From: an uncultured Collinsella sp. | GTDB taxonomy: Bacteria > Actinomycetota > Coriobacteriia > Coriobacteriales > Coriobacteriaceae | DNA: 64,000 bases | Reading direction: 5' to 3' | Assembly: GCA_900555555.1 (NCBI GenBank) | Contig: USLK01000002.1 | Location: 22,577 to 86,576 of the forward strand | In this document: one piece after another, positions 37,502-50,311 of the stretch | How positions within the stretch are numbered: position 1 is the stretch's first letter | Layout: each line of letters begins with the position of its first letter | Notes under the pieces: model-generated | What the model was told of the DNA's origin: nothing | Databases searched by the model: none | What the model saw: only the letters and a program-made list of their open reading frames with translations | Position numbers and translations under genes: made by a program

Positions 37502-40229
37502 GGATTTCGACCTCCTCGGCAGGGAGCGTAAACGTGAATACCGCTCCGTGGGGTTTGTTATCGGCAACACTGATGATACCGCCATGCGCCTCGACGATGG
37601 AGCGGCACAGCGACAAGCCCAGTCCGAAGCTGCGGTGCGAATCGACCGGCTTGCTGGAGGTCGTAGGTTTGTAGAAGCGGTCGAAGATGTGCGGCTTGTC
37701 CGCTGCGGCGACACCGGGGCCATCGTCGGCGACGGTGACGGCGACCATCTTGTCCTGCCGATGGGCCGTGACGGTGATCGTTGAGCCTGCGGGGGTGTAT
37801 TTGAGCGCGTTGATGAGCAGGTTGGTGAGGACCTGCATGATCAGGTGGACATCGATGCGGACGAGTAGGATCTCATCGTTGTGGGGCACCACGATCTCGT
37901 GGTCGGTCACCTCGCGCGCCACATGGGATAGCGCGCCGCTAATCACGTCGTCCATGAGCTCGGACGTGAGGTTGAGGTGCATGTCGCCATCTTCGATACG
38001 CGTGACGGCCAGGAGGTTCTCGACCGTGTCGATGAGCCACAGGGCGTCATCGTAGATGGCGTTTGCGAGTTCGCGCCGCTTATCCTGCGAGAGCTGCCCG
38101 TTGTCTTCGCGCAGGATGCCCGCCGACCCCGAGATGGACGTGAGGGGCGTGCGAAGGTCGTGGCCGATGGAGCGCAGCAGGTTGGCGCGGAGCTGCTCGT
38201 TCTTGGCGAGGACCGCGGCCTCCTCGCGCTCGCGGGCGGACTGATCGGATTGGAGGGCGAGGGCCGCTTCGCCCACGATCGACAGGACGATGGAGTTCTC
38301 GAAGGCCTCGAGCTTTCGCTTGCCGATGGCGATGCCGATGACTCCGTACACCGTGCTTCCGGCGCGGATGGCCAGGTATAGGCATTTGGCCTCGGGCAGG
38401 GTGGTGGTGCTGGCGCCGGCGTGCTTATTGTTGGTGAACGCCCAGGTCGCTACGGCTCGCTCGTAGGTGGTGAGCAGCTCATCGTGATCATGCTCGGCGC
38501 CGGCGCCCATGTAGAGGGGATCGCCCAGATGTCCGTTTTGGGCCGGGTAGAAAACCACATCGCAACGCAGGAGCTTGATGAGCTGGCTCATGGTCGCCTT
38601 GGCGCGGTCCTCCATACCCTCGGCCTGCTGAAGGAGCTGGTTCGTCTCGAGTAGGACGCGCGTGCGGAACGCGTTTTTCGCCGACGCGCGCGCATTGTTG
38701 GTGATGCGCGCCGTGAGTTCGGAGGCCACCATGGCCGTGACGAACATGATGGCGAAGGTTACCAGGTAGCTTCTGTCGAAGCTTTGCAACGACAAGACCG
38801 GGGCGACGAAGCAGAAATTGTAGAGCACCACGGACAGCACGCTCGAGACGAGGGTGCAGATGCGTCCTTTGGTGGTGACTGCAGTGAGCAGGGCGGTGAG
38901 AATGTAGAGCGAGATGATGCTGGAATCGGCAAATCCAAAATGCCTGAAGAATATGCCGATGAACGTTGCGAGCGCGGCTAAGCCGAGCGTGCGAAGGATG
39001 TCTCCGGTGCTGGGCATGGCGTTCGACTCATCGGGGGCCGTGGCTTTGGTGCGCAGCTCCCGGGCGCTTGCCTTGTCGGGGATGATGTAGATATCGAGGT
39101 TGGGTGCGATGGCGATGAGCTGTTCGATGAGAGATTTGTGTCCGAAGAGGGGGTGATGCGTGGCGGAGTCGCCGGTGCGTCCCATGACGATCTTCGAGAT
39201 ACCCGAGAGACGTGCGAACTCGGCGATCTGGAATGCGACATCGTCTCCGTACACGGTCTCCACGGTGGCGCCCAGCTGTTCGGCGAGCGCCATGTTCTCC
39301 TGGAGACGGCTGCGGTCCTCATCACCCATGGCCTGGGTTTTGGGGCTTTCGACGAACAGGGCGGTGAGTTGGCCGCGGAAGGCTTTTGCCATGCGTGCCG
39401 CGGTGCGTACGATGCGCGGATTGGTGGGGGCGGGGGAGACGCACACGAGGATGTGCTCGCTGGTGTAGTAGTCGCGGTTGCCCATGACGCGCGCGGCCTC
39501 GGCGAGTCGGCCCGTGCGGTCTGCACACTTTCGCAGAGCGATCTCGCGCAGGGCGGTGAGGTTTTCCACGGTGAAGAAGTTCGACTGGGCGCGTTCGGCC
39601 TGGACGGAGCGGTACACCTTGCCGGCTTTGAGGCGTTCGAGCAGGTCCTCAGGCTCGATGTCGACAAGCTCCACCTGGTCCGCATCATCGAAGATGCGGT
39701 CGGGGATGCGCTCGTGCACGATGATACCGGTGATTGCCGCCACCATGTCGTTGAGGCTCTCGATATGCTGCACGTTGACGGTGGTGTACACGTCGATCCC
39801 CGCGCGCAGCAGCTCCTCGACGTCTTGATAGCGCTTGGCGTGCCGGCTGCCCGGGGCGTTGGTGTGTGCGAGCTCATCCACCAATATAAGACGAGGCCGG
39901 CGGGCGATGGCGGCATCGATGTCGAACTCGGCGAGCGTGATGCCGTTGTATTCGATTTTGCGCGGCGCGACCTTTTCGAGGCCATTGACGAGCTCGGTGG
40001 TTTCGGGTCGATCGTGCGGTTCGATATAACCGGCTACGACATCGATGCCGCGGCGCCGGGCGGCCTGGGCGGCCTGCAGCATGGCGTAGGTCTTGCCTAC
40101 GCCGGCGGCATAGCCGAAAAAGATCTTGAGATGGCCGCGCTGCGTGCGGTCCGACTCTGAATCGGCGTCGCGTCCGATGGCCTTGAGCAGGCGGTCGGGG
40201 TCGACGCGCTGGTCGTCGTCTCGTGCCAT
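37494..40229 (-). CDS. kdpD: Sensor histidine kinase KdpD
   Basis: GYAAGVGKTYAML, VDELAHTN, Usp domain, 4 TM, HDLRTPLT, HATPase motifs. Confidence 0.97.
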   Translation of the reverse strand: MARDDDQRVDPDRLLKAIGRDADSESDRTQRGHLKIFFGYAAGVGKTYAMLQAAQAARRRGIDVVAGYIEPHDRPETTELVNGLEKVAPRKIEYNGITLAEFDIDAAIARRPRLILVDELAHTNAPGSRHAKRYQDVEELLRAGIDVYTTVNVQHIESLNDMVAAITGIIVHERIPDRIFDDADQVELVDIEPEDLLERLKAGKVYRSVQAERAQSNFFTVENLTALREIALRKCADRTGRLAEAARVMGNRDYYTSEHILVCVSPAPTNPRIVRTAARMAKAFRGQLTALFVESPKTQAMGDEDRSRLQENMALAEQLGATVETVYGDDVAFQIAEFARLSGISKIVMGRTGDSATHHPLFGHKSLIEQLIAIAPNLDIYIIPDKASARELRTKATAPDESNAMPSTGDILRTLGLAALATFIGIFFRHFGFADSSIISLYILTALLTAVTTKGRICTLVSSVLSVVLYNFCFVAPVLSLQSFDRSYLVTFAIMFVTAMVASELTARITNNARASAKNAFRTRVLLETNQLLQQAEGMEDRAKATMSQLIKLLRCDVVFYPAQNGHLGDPLYMGAGAEHDHDELLTTYERAVATWAFTNNKHAGASTTTLPEAKCLYLAIRAGSTVYGVIGIAIGKRKLEAFENSIVLSIVGEAALALQSDQSAREREEAAVLAKNEQLRANLLRSIGHDLRTPLTSISGSAGILREDNGQLSQDKRRELANAIYDDALWLIDTVENLLAVTRIEDGDMHLNLTSELMDDVISGALSHVAREVTDHEIVVPHNDEILLVRIDVHLIMQVLTNLLINALKYTPAGSTITVTAHRQDKMVAVTVADDGPGVAAADKPHIFDRFYKPTTSSKPVDSHRSFGLGLSLCRSIVEAHGGIISVADNKPHGAVFTFTLPAEEVEIHE

Positions 40230-40310
40230 GGCGATATCCTTCCCGTGATAGGCGTGGCGAGGAGCCAAATATATATGCATTTTCGCACGTACCCGGGGTG
40301 CATTTCAATT

Positions 40311-40359
40311 TTTATACGGTCTTAATGCCCGTTGCCGCAACTCTTATACCCCTTTAATT
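40311..40359 (+). promoter_or_regulatory. Putative KdpE binding sites
   Basis: tttatacggtcttaat and cttatacccctttaat (TTTATA-N-TTAA repeats similar to the E. coli KdpE site) upstream of a -10-like TAGTAT. Confidence 0.6.
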
Positions 40360-40438
40360 CCAAACCGCGTTTACTAGTATGTGTGCTCAGTTCGCCCGAG
40401 CCGATGCCTATCAGTCAGTCCGTTTGGAGGGAGCCGGG

Positions 40439-40525
40439 ATGGACATCCTTATTCCGATTATCGGAATCACGTGCATCGCACTGCTTATCTATTACATCTA
40501 TATTCTGATGAGGAGTGATTCTTAA
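40439..40525 (+). CDS. kdpF: KdpF-like small hydrophobic subunit (28 aa)
   Basis: MDILIPIIGITCIALLIYYIYILMRSDS, GGAGG RBS, immediately before kdpA; not in the supplied ORF track. Confidence 0.75.
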   Translation: MDILIPIIGITCIALLIYYIYILMRSDS

Positions 40526-40528
40526 ATC

Positions 40529-42352
40529 ATGAGCGCTGCAATTCAGTACATCCTGTACTTTGCCGTGCTCGTCGTCCTGGCCATTCCGCTCGGTCGGTTT
40601 ATGGCCCATGTCATGGACGGTGAGCATACGTTTCTGTCGCCCGTGCTGGCTCCGGTGGAGCGCGGCATCTATCGCCTCCTGCGTATCGACGCCAAGGAGC
40701 AGATGGGCTGGAAGCGCTATCTGGTGAGCGTCCTCGCCTTCTCGGGTATCGGGCTCGTGGTGCTCATCGCGCTCCAGATGCTCCAGGCTGTCCTGCCGGG
40801 CAACCCGCAGCACCTGCCGGGCGTGTCGTGGGACCTGTCGTTTAACACGGCGGCCTCCTTCATCACCAATACCAACTGGCAGTCCTACTCCGGTGAGACC
40901 ACCCTGTCCTACCTCGTGCAGTTCATGGGCCTCACCGTGCAGAACTTCGTTTCTGCCGGTACCGGTATCGCGGTCATGTTCGCGTTGATCCGCGGCTTCC
41001 GCCAGGTCAAGGAGCAGGGTCTGGGTTCCTTCTGGGTCGACCTCACCCGTACCGTCCTGTACGTGCTCATCCCGCTGAACCTCGTGTTCGGCATCTGCCT
41101 GGCTGCCGGCGGCGTCATCTCCAACTTCCAGCCGGCTCAGAAGGCCGAGCTCGTCGAGCCCGTTGCCGTTCAGCCCAATGCCGACGGCGGCTGGAGCGTT
41201 ATCGACGGCGCCCAGATCGAGGGCGACACCGTCAAGGTTGACGGCAAGGTTGTCGAGGACGCGCGCGTGGTCACCGAGCAGTTCCTGCCCCAGGGCCCCG
41301 CTGCGTCTCAGGTTGCCATCAAGCAGTCCGGCACCAACGGCGGCGGCTTCTTCGGCGTGAACTCCGCCCATCCGTATGAGAACCCCAACGCCTTCACCAA
41401 CATCATCGAGATGACCAGCCTGCTGCTGATCCCGGCCGCCTGCTGCTTCACCTTCGGTATCGGCGTCAAGAACACCAAGCAGGGCAAGGCCATCTTTGCC
41501 GCCATGTTCATCCTGCTGGTGATCTTCACCGGCGTCATCGCCGTCAACGAGCATGCGGGCACCCCGCAGCTGGCCGATAACGGCGCGGTCAATATCGAGA
41601 TGACCGACGGCCAGGCCGGCGGTAACATGGAGGGCAAGGAGAGCCGCTTCGGCATCGCCACCTCCTCCACGTGGTCGGCTTACACCACCGCCGCTTCCAA
41701 CGGCTCGGTTAACTCCATGCACGACTCCTACACCCCGCTGGGCGGTTTTGTCCAGATGCTCCAGATGGCTCTGGGCGAGGTCGTCTTCGGCGGCGTGGGC
41801 TGCGGTCTGTACGGCATGATCGGCTTCGCCATCCTCACGGTGTTCATCGCCGGCCTCATGGTCGGACGCACGCCTGAGTTCCTGGGCAAGAAGATCGAGC
41901 CGGGCGAGATGCGCTGGGCAGTTGTCCTGTGCCTGGCAACTCCGTTTGCCATTCTGGTGTGCTCGGCCATCGCCTGCATGGTGCCCGGTCTTGCCGACCA
42001 GCTCAACAATGGCGGCGCGCACGGCTTCTCCGAGGTGCTGTATGCCTTCACCTCATGCGGCGGCAACAACGGCTCGGCGTTTGCGGGCATGAACTGCAAC
42101 ATTCCCTGGATCAACGTCATGCTCGGCCTCGAGATGCTGTTCGCCCGCTTCATGCCCATCGTCGGTACGCTGGCCATCGCCGGCTCGCTGGCCAAGAAGG
42201 GTAAGGTCGCCGAGAGTGCCGGTACCCTGTCTACCACCAACGGCATGTTCGTATTCCTGCTCGTGTTCATCGTTCTGCTGATCGGTGCCCTGAGCTTCTT
42301 CCCTGCCCTGGCGCTTGGCCCCGTTGCCGAGTTCTTCCAGATGATTGCGTAA
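40529..42352 (+). CDS. kdpA: Potassium-transporting ATPase subunit A
   Basis: [41 protein letters not shown]. Confidence 0.98.
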   Translation: MSAAIQYILYFAVLVVLAIPLGRFMAHVMDGEHTFLSPVLAPVERGIYRLLRIDAKEQMGWKRYLVSVLAFSGIGLVVLIALQMLQAVLPGNPQHLPGVSWDLSFNTAASFITNTNWQSYSGETTLSYLVQFMGLTVQNFVSAGTGIAVMFALIRGFRQVKEQGLGSFWVDLTRTVLYVLIPLNLVFGICLAAGGVISNFQPAQKAELVEPVAVQPNADGGWSVIDGAQIEGDTVKVDGKVVEDARVVTEQFLPQGPAASQVAIKQSGTNGGGFFGVNSAHPYENPNAFTNIIEMTSLLLIPAACCFTFGIGVKNTKQGKAIFAAMFILLVIFTGVIAVNEHAGTPQLADNGAVNIEMTDGQAGGNMEGKESRFGIATSSTWSAYTTAASNGSVNSMHDSYTPLGGFVQMLQMALGEVVFGGVGCGLYGMIGFAILTVFIAGLMVGRTPEFLGKKIEPGEMRWAVVLCLATPFAILVCSAIACMVPGLADQLNNGGAHGFSEVLYAFTSCGGNNGSAFAGMNCNIPWINVMLGLEMLFARFMPIVGTLAIAGSLAKKGKVAESAGTLSTTNGMFVFLLVFIVLLIGALSFFPALALGPVAEFFQMIA

Positions 42353-42368
42353 AGGAGGGCGCAGATTT

Positions 42369-44423
42369 ATGGCTATGCAAAAAGACATGATGGGCCGCGC
42401 GGTCCGCGACTCGTTTGCCAAGCTGGATCCTCGCGTCCAGATTCAAAACCCGGTCATGTTCCTGGTGTGGCTTTCCGCCGTCATGACCTCCGTCCTGGCC
42501 GTCGCCTCCATCTTCGGTGTGCAGGACGCGGGTGTGCCCACCTACTATGTGGTCGCCATCGCGATCATCCTGTGGCTCACTGATCTGTTCTCCAACTTCG
42601 CCGAGGCGCTTGCCGAGGGCCGCGGTAAGGCTCAGGCCGATTCCCTGCGTGCGGCCAAGAAGGATGTCGAGGCCCATCGCATCGAGTTCGTTGAGGACAA
42701 GGAGCACTTCACCGTCGTGCCCGGCACCGAGCTCACGCGCGGCGACCTGGTGGTCGTGCGCGCCGGCGAGCAGATTCCCGGCGACGGCGACGTCATCGAG
42801 GGAGCTGCCTCCGTCGACGAGTCCGCTATCACCGGCGAGTCCGCCCCCGTGGTCCGCGAGGCTGGCGGCGACCGCTCTGCCGTTACCGGCGGTACCACGG
42901 TGCTGTCCGACTGGATCGTCGTCAAGATCTCCAGCGAGCCCGGCCAGAGCTTCCTGGACAAGATGATCGCGATGGTCGAGGGCGCCGCGCGCAAGAAGAC
43001 CCCCAACGAGATCGCCCTGGAAATCTTCCTGGTGGCCCTCTCCATCGTCTTTATCTTGGTCACGCTGGCCCTCTATTGTTACTCCTGCTTCTCGGCCGGC
43101 CTTAACGACATGGCCAACCCCACGTCCGTGACCACGCTCGTGGCGCTGCTCGTGTGCCTGGCTCCCACTACCATCGGCGCGTTGCTGTCCGCCATCGGCA
43201 TCGCCGGCATGAGCCGTCTGAACGAGGCCAACGTGCTGGCCATGTCCGGCCGCGCCATCGAGGCCGCCGGCGACGTCGACATCCTCATGCTCGACAAGAC
43301 CGGCACCATCACCCTGGGCAACCGCCAGGCTTCCGAGTTCATCCCGGTCGACGGCGTCGATCCCGCGGAGCTGGCCGATGCCGCCCAGCTCTCCTCGCTG
43401 GCCGACGAGACGCCCGAGGGCCGTTCCATCGTCGTGCTCGCCAAGGAGCAGTTCGGCCTGCGCGGCCGCACGCTCGAGGACAAGGGCATGGAGTTCATCC
43501 CGTTCACCGCGGCAACGCGTATGTCGGGCGTGAACTACGAGGGCAATGAGATTCGCAAGGGCGCTGCCGATTCCGTGCGCGCCTACGTGGAGGCAGCCGG
43601 CGGCGTGTTCTCCCAGGAGTGCGACGAGGTCGTCGAGCGCATCGCCAAGGCCGGCGGCACCCCGCTGGTCGTGACCAAGAACTGCCGCGTGCTGGGTGTT
43701 GTGTACCTCAAGGACATCATCAAGTCCGGCGTTAAGGAGAAGTTCGCCGACCTGCGCAAGATGGGCATCAAGACCATCATGGTGACGGGCGACAACCCGC
43801 TCACGGCGGCTGCCATCGCGGCCGAGGCGGGCGTGGACGACTTCCTGGCAGAGGCCACCCCCGAGGGCAAGCTCGAGAAGATCCGCGAGTTCCAGCGCGA
43901 GGGCCATCTGGTCGCCATGACCGGCGACGGCACCAACGACGCGCCCGCTCTGGCCCAGGCCGACGTGGCCGTGGCCATGAACACGGGCACCCAGGCTGCC
44001 AAGGAGGCCGGCAACATGGTCGACCTCGACTCCAGCCCCACCAAGCTCATCGATATCGTGCGTATTGGCAAGCAGCTGCTCATGACCCGCGGTTCGCTCA
44101 CGACCTTCTCGGTGGCCAACGACGTGGCGAAGTACTTCGCTATCATCCCGGCCCTGTTCTCGCCGATCTACCCGGGCCTTCGCGCGCTTAACATCCTCGG
44201 TCTGGCAAGCCCGCTGTCCGCGGTTCTTTCGGCCATCATCTATAACGCGCTCGTTATCGTTGCGCTGATCCCGGCCGCGCTGAAGGGCGTTAAGTACCGC
44301 GAGGTCCCGTCCGGACAGCTGCTGACCCATAACCTGCTCGTGTGGGGTCTGGGTGGCATCGTTGCCCCGTTCGTATTCATCAAGCTCATCGACATGCTGC
44401 TCGCGTTCTGCGGCATTATGTAA
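42369..44423 (+). CDS. kdpB: Potassium-transporting ATPase subunit B
   Basis: [25 protein letters not shown]. Confidence 0.98.
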   Translation: MAMQKDMMGRAVRDSFAKLDPRVQIQNPVMFLVWLSAVMTSVLAVASIFGVQDAGVPTYYVVAIAIILWLTDLFSNFAEALAEGRGKAQADSLRAAKKDVEAHRIEFVEDKEHFTVVPGTELTRGDLVVVRAGEQIPGDGDVIEGAASVDESAITGESAPVVREAGGDRSAVTGGTTVLSDWIVVKISSEPGQSFLDKMIAMVEGAARKKTPNEIALEIFLVALSIVFILVTLALYCYSCFSAGLNDMANPTSVTTLVALLVCLAPTTIGALLSAIGIAGMSRLNEANVLAMSGRAIEAAGDVDILMLDKTGTITLGNRQASEFIPVDGVDPAELADAAQLSSLADETPEGRSIVVLAKEQFGLRGRTLEDKGMEFIPFTAATRMSGVNYEGNEIRKGAADSVRAYVEAAGGVFSQECDEVVERIAKAGGTPLVVTKNCRVLGVVYLKDIIKSGVKEKFADLRKMGIKTIMVTGDNPLTAAAIAAEAGVDDFLAEATPEGKLEKIREFQREGHLVAMTGDGTNDAPALAQADVAVAMNTGTQAAKEAGNMVDLDSSPTKLIDIVRIGKQLLMTRGSLTTFSVANDVAKYFAIIPALFSPIYPGLRALNILGLASPLSAVLSAIIYNALVIVALIPAALKGVKYREVPSGQLLTHNLLVWGLGGIVAPFVFIKLIDMLLAFCGIM

Positions 44424-44435
44424 GCGGAGGTTTGT

Positions 44436-45026
44436 ATGTTCAAAGGTGTTGCATCGCGCGCACTGGGCGTGTTCGCGCTGTTTACCGTTGTCTGCGGCCT
44501 GGGCTATACGCTCGTCGTGACCGGCATCGCCCAGGTTGCGTTCCCGTATCAGGCGAACGGTTCGCTCATCAAGGTCGACGACAAGATCGTGGGCTCCGAG
44601 CTCATTGGCCAGAACTTCGAGGATGAGGACCACATGTGGGGCCGCATCCAGAACGTGTCGGTGGTCGAGGACGAGAACGGTGAGCTCATGGCCTACTCCG
44701 CTCCGTCCAACCTGTCTCCGGCAAGTGAGGAGTATCAGGAGCTCGTGGATGCGCGCGTCGAAAAGATCCGTGCCGCGAACCCCGATGCCGACATGGATGC
44801 GGTCCCGGTGGACCTGGTGACCTGCTCCGGTTCCGGCCTCGATCCCGAGATCTCCCCCGATGCCGCCGAGTATCAGGTTCCGCGCCTGGCAAAGGCCACG
44901 GGCAAGAGCGAAGGCGAGGTGCGCGACATCATCGCCCAGTGCACCAAGGGCCGATTCCTGGGCGTCTTCGGCGAGCCCACGGTCAACGTGCTCAAGGTGA
45001 ATCTCATGTTGGATGGTGTGCTGTAG
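44436..45026 (+). CDS. kdpC: Potassium-transporting ATPase subunit C
   Basis: FPYQANGS, GSELIGQ, VT.SGSGLDP.IS, VNVL.VN. Confidence 0.97.
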   Translation: MFKGVASRALGVFALFTVVCGLGYTLVVTGIAQVAFPYQANGSLIKVDDKIVGSELIGQNFEDEDHMWGRIQNVSVVEDENGELMAYSAPSNLSPASEEYQELVDARVEKIRAANPDADMDAVPVDLVTCSGSGLDPEISPDAAEYQVPRLAKATGKSEGEVRDIIAQCTKGRFLGVFGEPTVNVLKVNLMLDGVL

Positions 45027-45052
45027 GCGGCGTTTTCGACTAGAGATGCTTG

Positions 45053-45092
45053 CATGCCCCCGGTGCGGTCGCGCCGGGGGCATGATTGTTTT
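45053..45092 (+). terminator. Intrinsic terminator after kdpC
   Basis: catgcccccggtgc...gcgccggggcatg followed by attgttttt. Confidence 0.65.
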
Positions 45093-45212
45093 AACCAGCG
45101 GTTAGATTTCCTGCCGAAAACATGAGGGCGTGCCAATTGTGCTGACGGTCGCTAGGTGATGAAATGGATGCTAAGCAGCTGCGGTATATCGTCCTTAGGC
45201 GAAAGGAAAGAC

Positions 45213-46268
45213 ATGCACATCTCAGAGATAATTCGCTCTCGCCGTCTTCAGCTCGGTATGACTCAGGAGCAAGTGGCGCAGCGTCTCGGTGTTTCGGCTC
45301 CGGCGGTCAACAAATGGGAGCGCGGGATATGCTATCCGGATATCACGCTCATCCCTTCGCTTGCCCGCCTGTTCGAAACGGATGCAAACACGCTGTTGTC
45401 GTTCGAGCCGGAGTTGGGAGAGGAAGAGAACCTGGCAATACAGCGCGAGGTCGATCGACTGGTGCGTGAAGAGGGATACGAGGCGGGCTTCGATTACGCG
45501 CAGGAGAAGATGCGCCTATATCCGACGAGCGATGAGCTGGCCATCGTTCTTACGCAGTATCTCGACGGTTCGCTCATGCTTCGGCAAATACCGGGTGCCG
45601 AGGGGTATCGGCCAGTGCTTGACGATGCGTATGCGCGTTTGGCGAAGAGCGTTGTGCCGGCAGTGAGGGATCAGGCGTCCGCAATGCTCATCGCGAAAGC
45701 CATGCAGGAAGAGCGGTATGATGATGCCCAGCGTATCCTTGACGGCCTTCCCGACCGCACGGTGGATAAGGAGGAGCGCCAGGCGATCTTGTATGCGCGC
45801 GAAGGAAAGGACGAGGATGCCGCGCGCACTTGGGAGGCCCGCGTGATTCGCATTGCCGCCGATTTGATGGGGGCGATTGTCGGGTTGATCGAAATTGCGT
45901 TGAGGGATGGCCGCAAAGATGATGCGCTCGAGTGCGCGCACCGCGCTCAGCTGGCATTCGAGGCACTTGGTCAGCCTGCATGGATGAGTCTGATGCCGCG
46001 GCTGGCGGCCGTGACGGCATCGGGCGATTCTGGTGAGGCGATTGAGCTTCTTGACGCCGTCATGACCTCGTTGCATGGGGGCGACTCCGCGGCACTCCGG
46101 GGTCCGCTTTACCGCTATTCGGACCTGAATGACTTGGCCGACTTGACGTCCAGGATGGGTGCGCTGCTGCTTTCGGAAGTCGAGGATGAAGACGAGTATG
46201 CTTTTGTGCGTGCAGTCCCTGCCTACCGTTTGTTCGTGGAGAAATGGAAGGCCGTGGGTTCGGTGTAG
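45213..46268 (+). CDS. XRE-family HTH regulator with a helical (TPR-like) C-terminal domain
   Basis: TQEQVAQRLGVSAPAVNKWERGICYPDITL. Confidence 0.88.
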   Translation: MHISEIIRSRRLQLGMTQEQVAQRLGVSAPAVNKWERGICYPDITLIPSLARLFETDANTLLSFEPELGEEENLAIQREVDRLVREEGYEAGFDYAQEKMRLYPTSDELAIVLTQYLDGSLMLRQIPGAEGYRPVLDDAYARLAKSVVPAVRDQASAMLIAKAMQEERYDDAQRILDGLPDRTVDKEERQAILYAREGKDEDAARTWEARVIRIAADLMGAIVGLIEIALRDGRKDDALECAHRAQLAFEALGQPAWMSLMPRLAAVTASGDSGEAIELLDAVMTSLHGGDSAALRGPLYRYSDLNDLADLTSRMGALLLSEVEDEDEYAFVRAVPAYRLFVEKWKAVGSV

Positions 46269-46454
46269 GGAACTCGGTCCGGTCATCCAAAGTGCGGGTG
46301 TTTTCGGCCGTGAACGGAGCGGTTATCTTTACTTTGGTTCGCTTCGAGGATGAGAGCCTTACATTTTCGTATGCCGCGCGTAAGCCGAATCGATGGCACG
46401 GGAGGGACGAGTTCACGAGAATGGGTGCGGTAATAACCCTTGGAAGGACTCGCC

Positions 46455-46676
46455 ATGCAGCTATATCTCAAGCTCGCCCTCGGCAACGTGCGTCGCGGCG
46501 CACGTGACTACTCGGTGTATTTCGCGACGCCCGACTCCGCGGCATGCACCGCCGGATGCTTTGCCGTGGTGTTCGCGGTGAACGCTGTGGACGGCGCGCG
46601 CGATATCGCGCGGCGCCCGCTGATCGAGCTCATGACCGCCCGCGCCGTCGAACGCGTGGTGCTGTCGAGGGTATGA
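46455..46676 (+). pseudogene. Remnant of a BceB/FtsX-like ABC permease
   Basis: MQLYLKLALGNVRRGARDYSVYF matches the N-terminus of this permease class, but the ORF is only 73 aa. Confidence 0.6.
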
Positions 46677-46717
46677 TTGTCGGACTATGTCACTCCGCGT
46701 GACGGGAGGTCCGTCTC

Positions 46718-46936
46718 ATGATCTGGTTCACATCGGACACGCACTTCGGCCATGCCAACGTGCTGCATTTCACCGATCGCCCGTTCGGCGATATCGCGCA
46801 TATGGATCGCGCGCTCATCAACTCGATTAACGGGCGCGTGGCGCCCACCGACGACCTGTACATCCTCGGTGATTTCTCGTATCAGATGACCGCGGTCGAG
46901 GCGGTGGCGCTGCGGGAGCTCGGACTCGGACGCTAG
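46718..46936 (+). pseudogene. Truncated calcineurin-like metallophosphoesterase
   Basis: FTSDTHFGH and LYILGDF present; GNHD motif and C-terminus missing. Confidence 0.75.
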
Positions 46937-46990
46937 TACCACGCGGAGCACCGGCCTTCACCGCGGCCTTCGCTTCGAATGCATGGGACT

Positions 46991-47029
46991 TCAACCTCAA
47001 ATTAGGGACAGTCCCTCATTTGAGGTTGA
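46991..47029. repeat. 39 bp near-perfect palindrome (collapsed REP-like doublet)
   Basis: tcaacctcaaattagggac-a-gtccctcatttgaggttga; same family as 52578 and 53619. Confidence 0.8.
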
Positions 47030-47150
47030 GAGGGGCAATCGTTTCAAGTTCATGAATTCGTCATACTCCCAATCGTCATGGTAGGCAGGTGGTACACTGA
47101 AATCCCGTGGAAGCGCCGGACTCCGGTGCAGATTTCGACGGGAAGCGTAG

Positions 47151-48767
<1,617 letters not shown>

Positions 48768-48774
48768 GCGGGTT

Positions 48775-48822
48775 TTGGCCCCACTTCGATTTTGGGCAAA
48801 CGCCTGATCGAAGTGGGGCCAA
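48775..48822. terminator. Hairpin with a perfect 16 bp stem after pyrG (terminator or REP-like)
   Basis: ttggccccacttcgat...atcgaagtggggccaa. Confidence 0.55.
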
Positions 48823-48904
48823 TGTAAGGCCGCGTTCCCCTCAAGGTGTTTTGTGGCTTGGTTTTGGCTGGGGGATGCATGGGTGGCGATGGCACGTTGC
48901 GATG

Positions 48905-49054
48905 TGCTGCAATAATCCCTTAGGGTAAAATGCGACAGCACAGGGTATATCTGATATGCGATTTCTCCTTCTCGTCAACTGCGGTTTTGCCACTGGGTGG
49001 GCTCGTAAAAGTACTCGAGAATAAGCGCTTTTACTGCAAGGGATTATTTCAGCA
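48905..49054. repeat. 150 bp AT-richer segment bounded by 17 bp inverted repeats
   Basis: tgctgcaataatccctt ... aagggattatttcagca (16/17 match). Confidence 0.6.
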
Positions 49055-49109
49055 TCAGTCAAGTTCGCGGCATCGGTCAGATGCGATGACTGTGGCACAT
49101 GCCCCCGAC

Positions 49110-50311
49110 TCACGCCTCCCGCATGCGCAGGCGGGAGGCGACGAGCCCCGCAGATGTGATGGCGACGGTGAAAAGTACGATGATGCCGAGGTCGATCCCA
49201 ATGGTGCCGAGAAGTTGCGGCGTTACCCTGGGCGCCTCGAGCGCGCGAGTCACGGCGTCGTACATCCAGAAGGTGGGGGGAGCCTCGCTGCGGCTTGGAC
49301 GCCGTGACCCATCAGCGACAGCGGGACCCATGCTCCTCCCAAAAACGACATGACCATGCCGCCGAGGTTGGCGATGGCGTTGAGCGCCTCCTCGCGCAGG
49401 CCACATTGCGTGAGCGTATAGGCGAGCGAAAGCGGGACCATCGAGAACACGAGGAACGAGGTAAGAGCAAGACAGATCTGAGGTGCGATCTGAGCAAAGG
49501 TCGCTGTCGCTCCGGACGTCACGATACCCACGGTGGCAACCCAGGCGCATACGCCGAGCGTCAGCACGGCGCACCCGGCGATGCTCTCGGCACCCGTGCG
49601 CCAACTGCTTACCGCCGACGCGAGCTGCCTGTTACGCACTCCGGGTTTGCTCATCGCCGCAAGGACGACGCCGGCGATGACGACAACGGACGAGGTCACC
49701 GTGTAGGAGCTAAAGGTGAGGTAGAACGCCAGGCGCGATGCGGCTGTATCTTCTTGTGTTGCCTCGATGACCTCGACGTTCGCGTCGAGGTCATCGAGAT
49801 CCCGAACGTTTGCCAGGATTTGCTCCACGTCCGCTCGCGGGTCTATGGCCGCCTGGGAGGCGACGAGCGAGGCCAAGCGGCTCGCCCGCTGACTCGCCAT
49901 CGCCGTCGCCTGCATGTCGCTTCCCGTCGCGACCTCGAGGGCGGGCAGCTCGCGTCCGGAACGCGCCGAGTCGATCAGATCGTCGCCAAACCCCGCGGGG
50001 GCTATGAGCACCGCATCGACGTGGTCGGAGGCGAGGGCGTCTTGGAGCGCCACCTCCTCGTCTTCGCAGGGTACGAGCCCATCGGTCCGGGCAAGGGCTT
50101 TTTCTACCCCGCGCGAAACGGCCGAGTCGTCGCGGTCGATCCACGCGATCCGGGTTCTGGCGCCCTCGGTGCCGGCGGTCTCGCTTGCATGCGCTCCGCC
50201 ATCCACCTCTCCCATAAGGGCAACGCCCATCACGGACAGAAAACCGATGTAGATCACGAGGTATATCGGGTGCCTGAGGGCGATGGTGAGCGCTCGTTTA
50301 GCGATGTTCAT
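49110..50311 (-). pseudogene. ABC-2 type permease, frameshifted in a G6 tract at 49275-49280
   Basis: Main frame ends ...AAARLPPPSGCTTP; the natural-looking C-terminus (PTFWMYDAV...last TM) continues in another frame to 49110. Confidence 0.8.

Noticed and set aside
46350..46385. BceR-like cttaca...gtaag site before the permease remnant
   Set aside because: Match is too degenerate and no cognate regulator is adjacent
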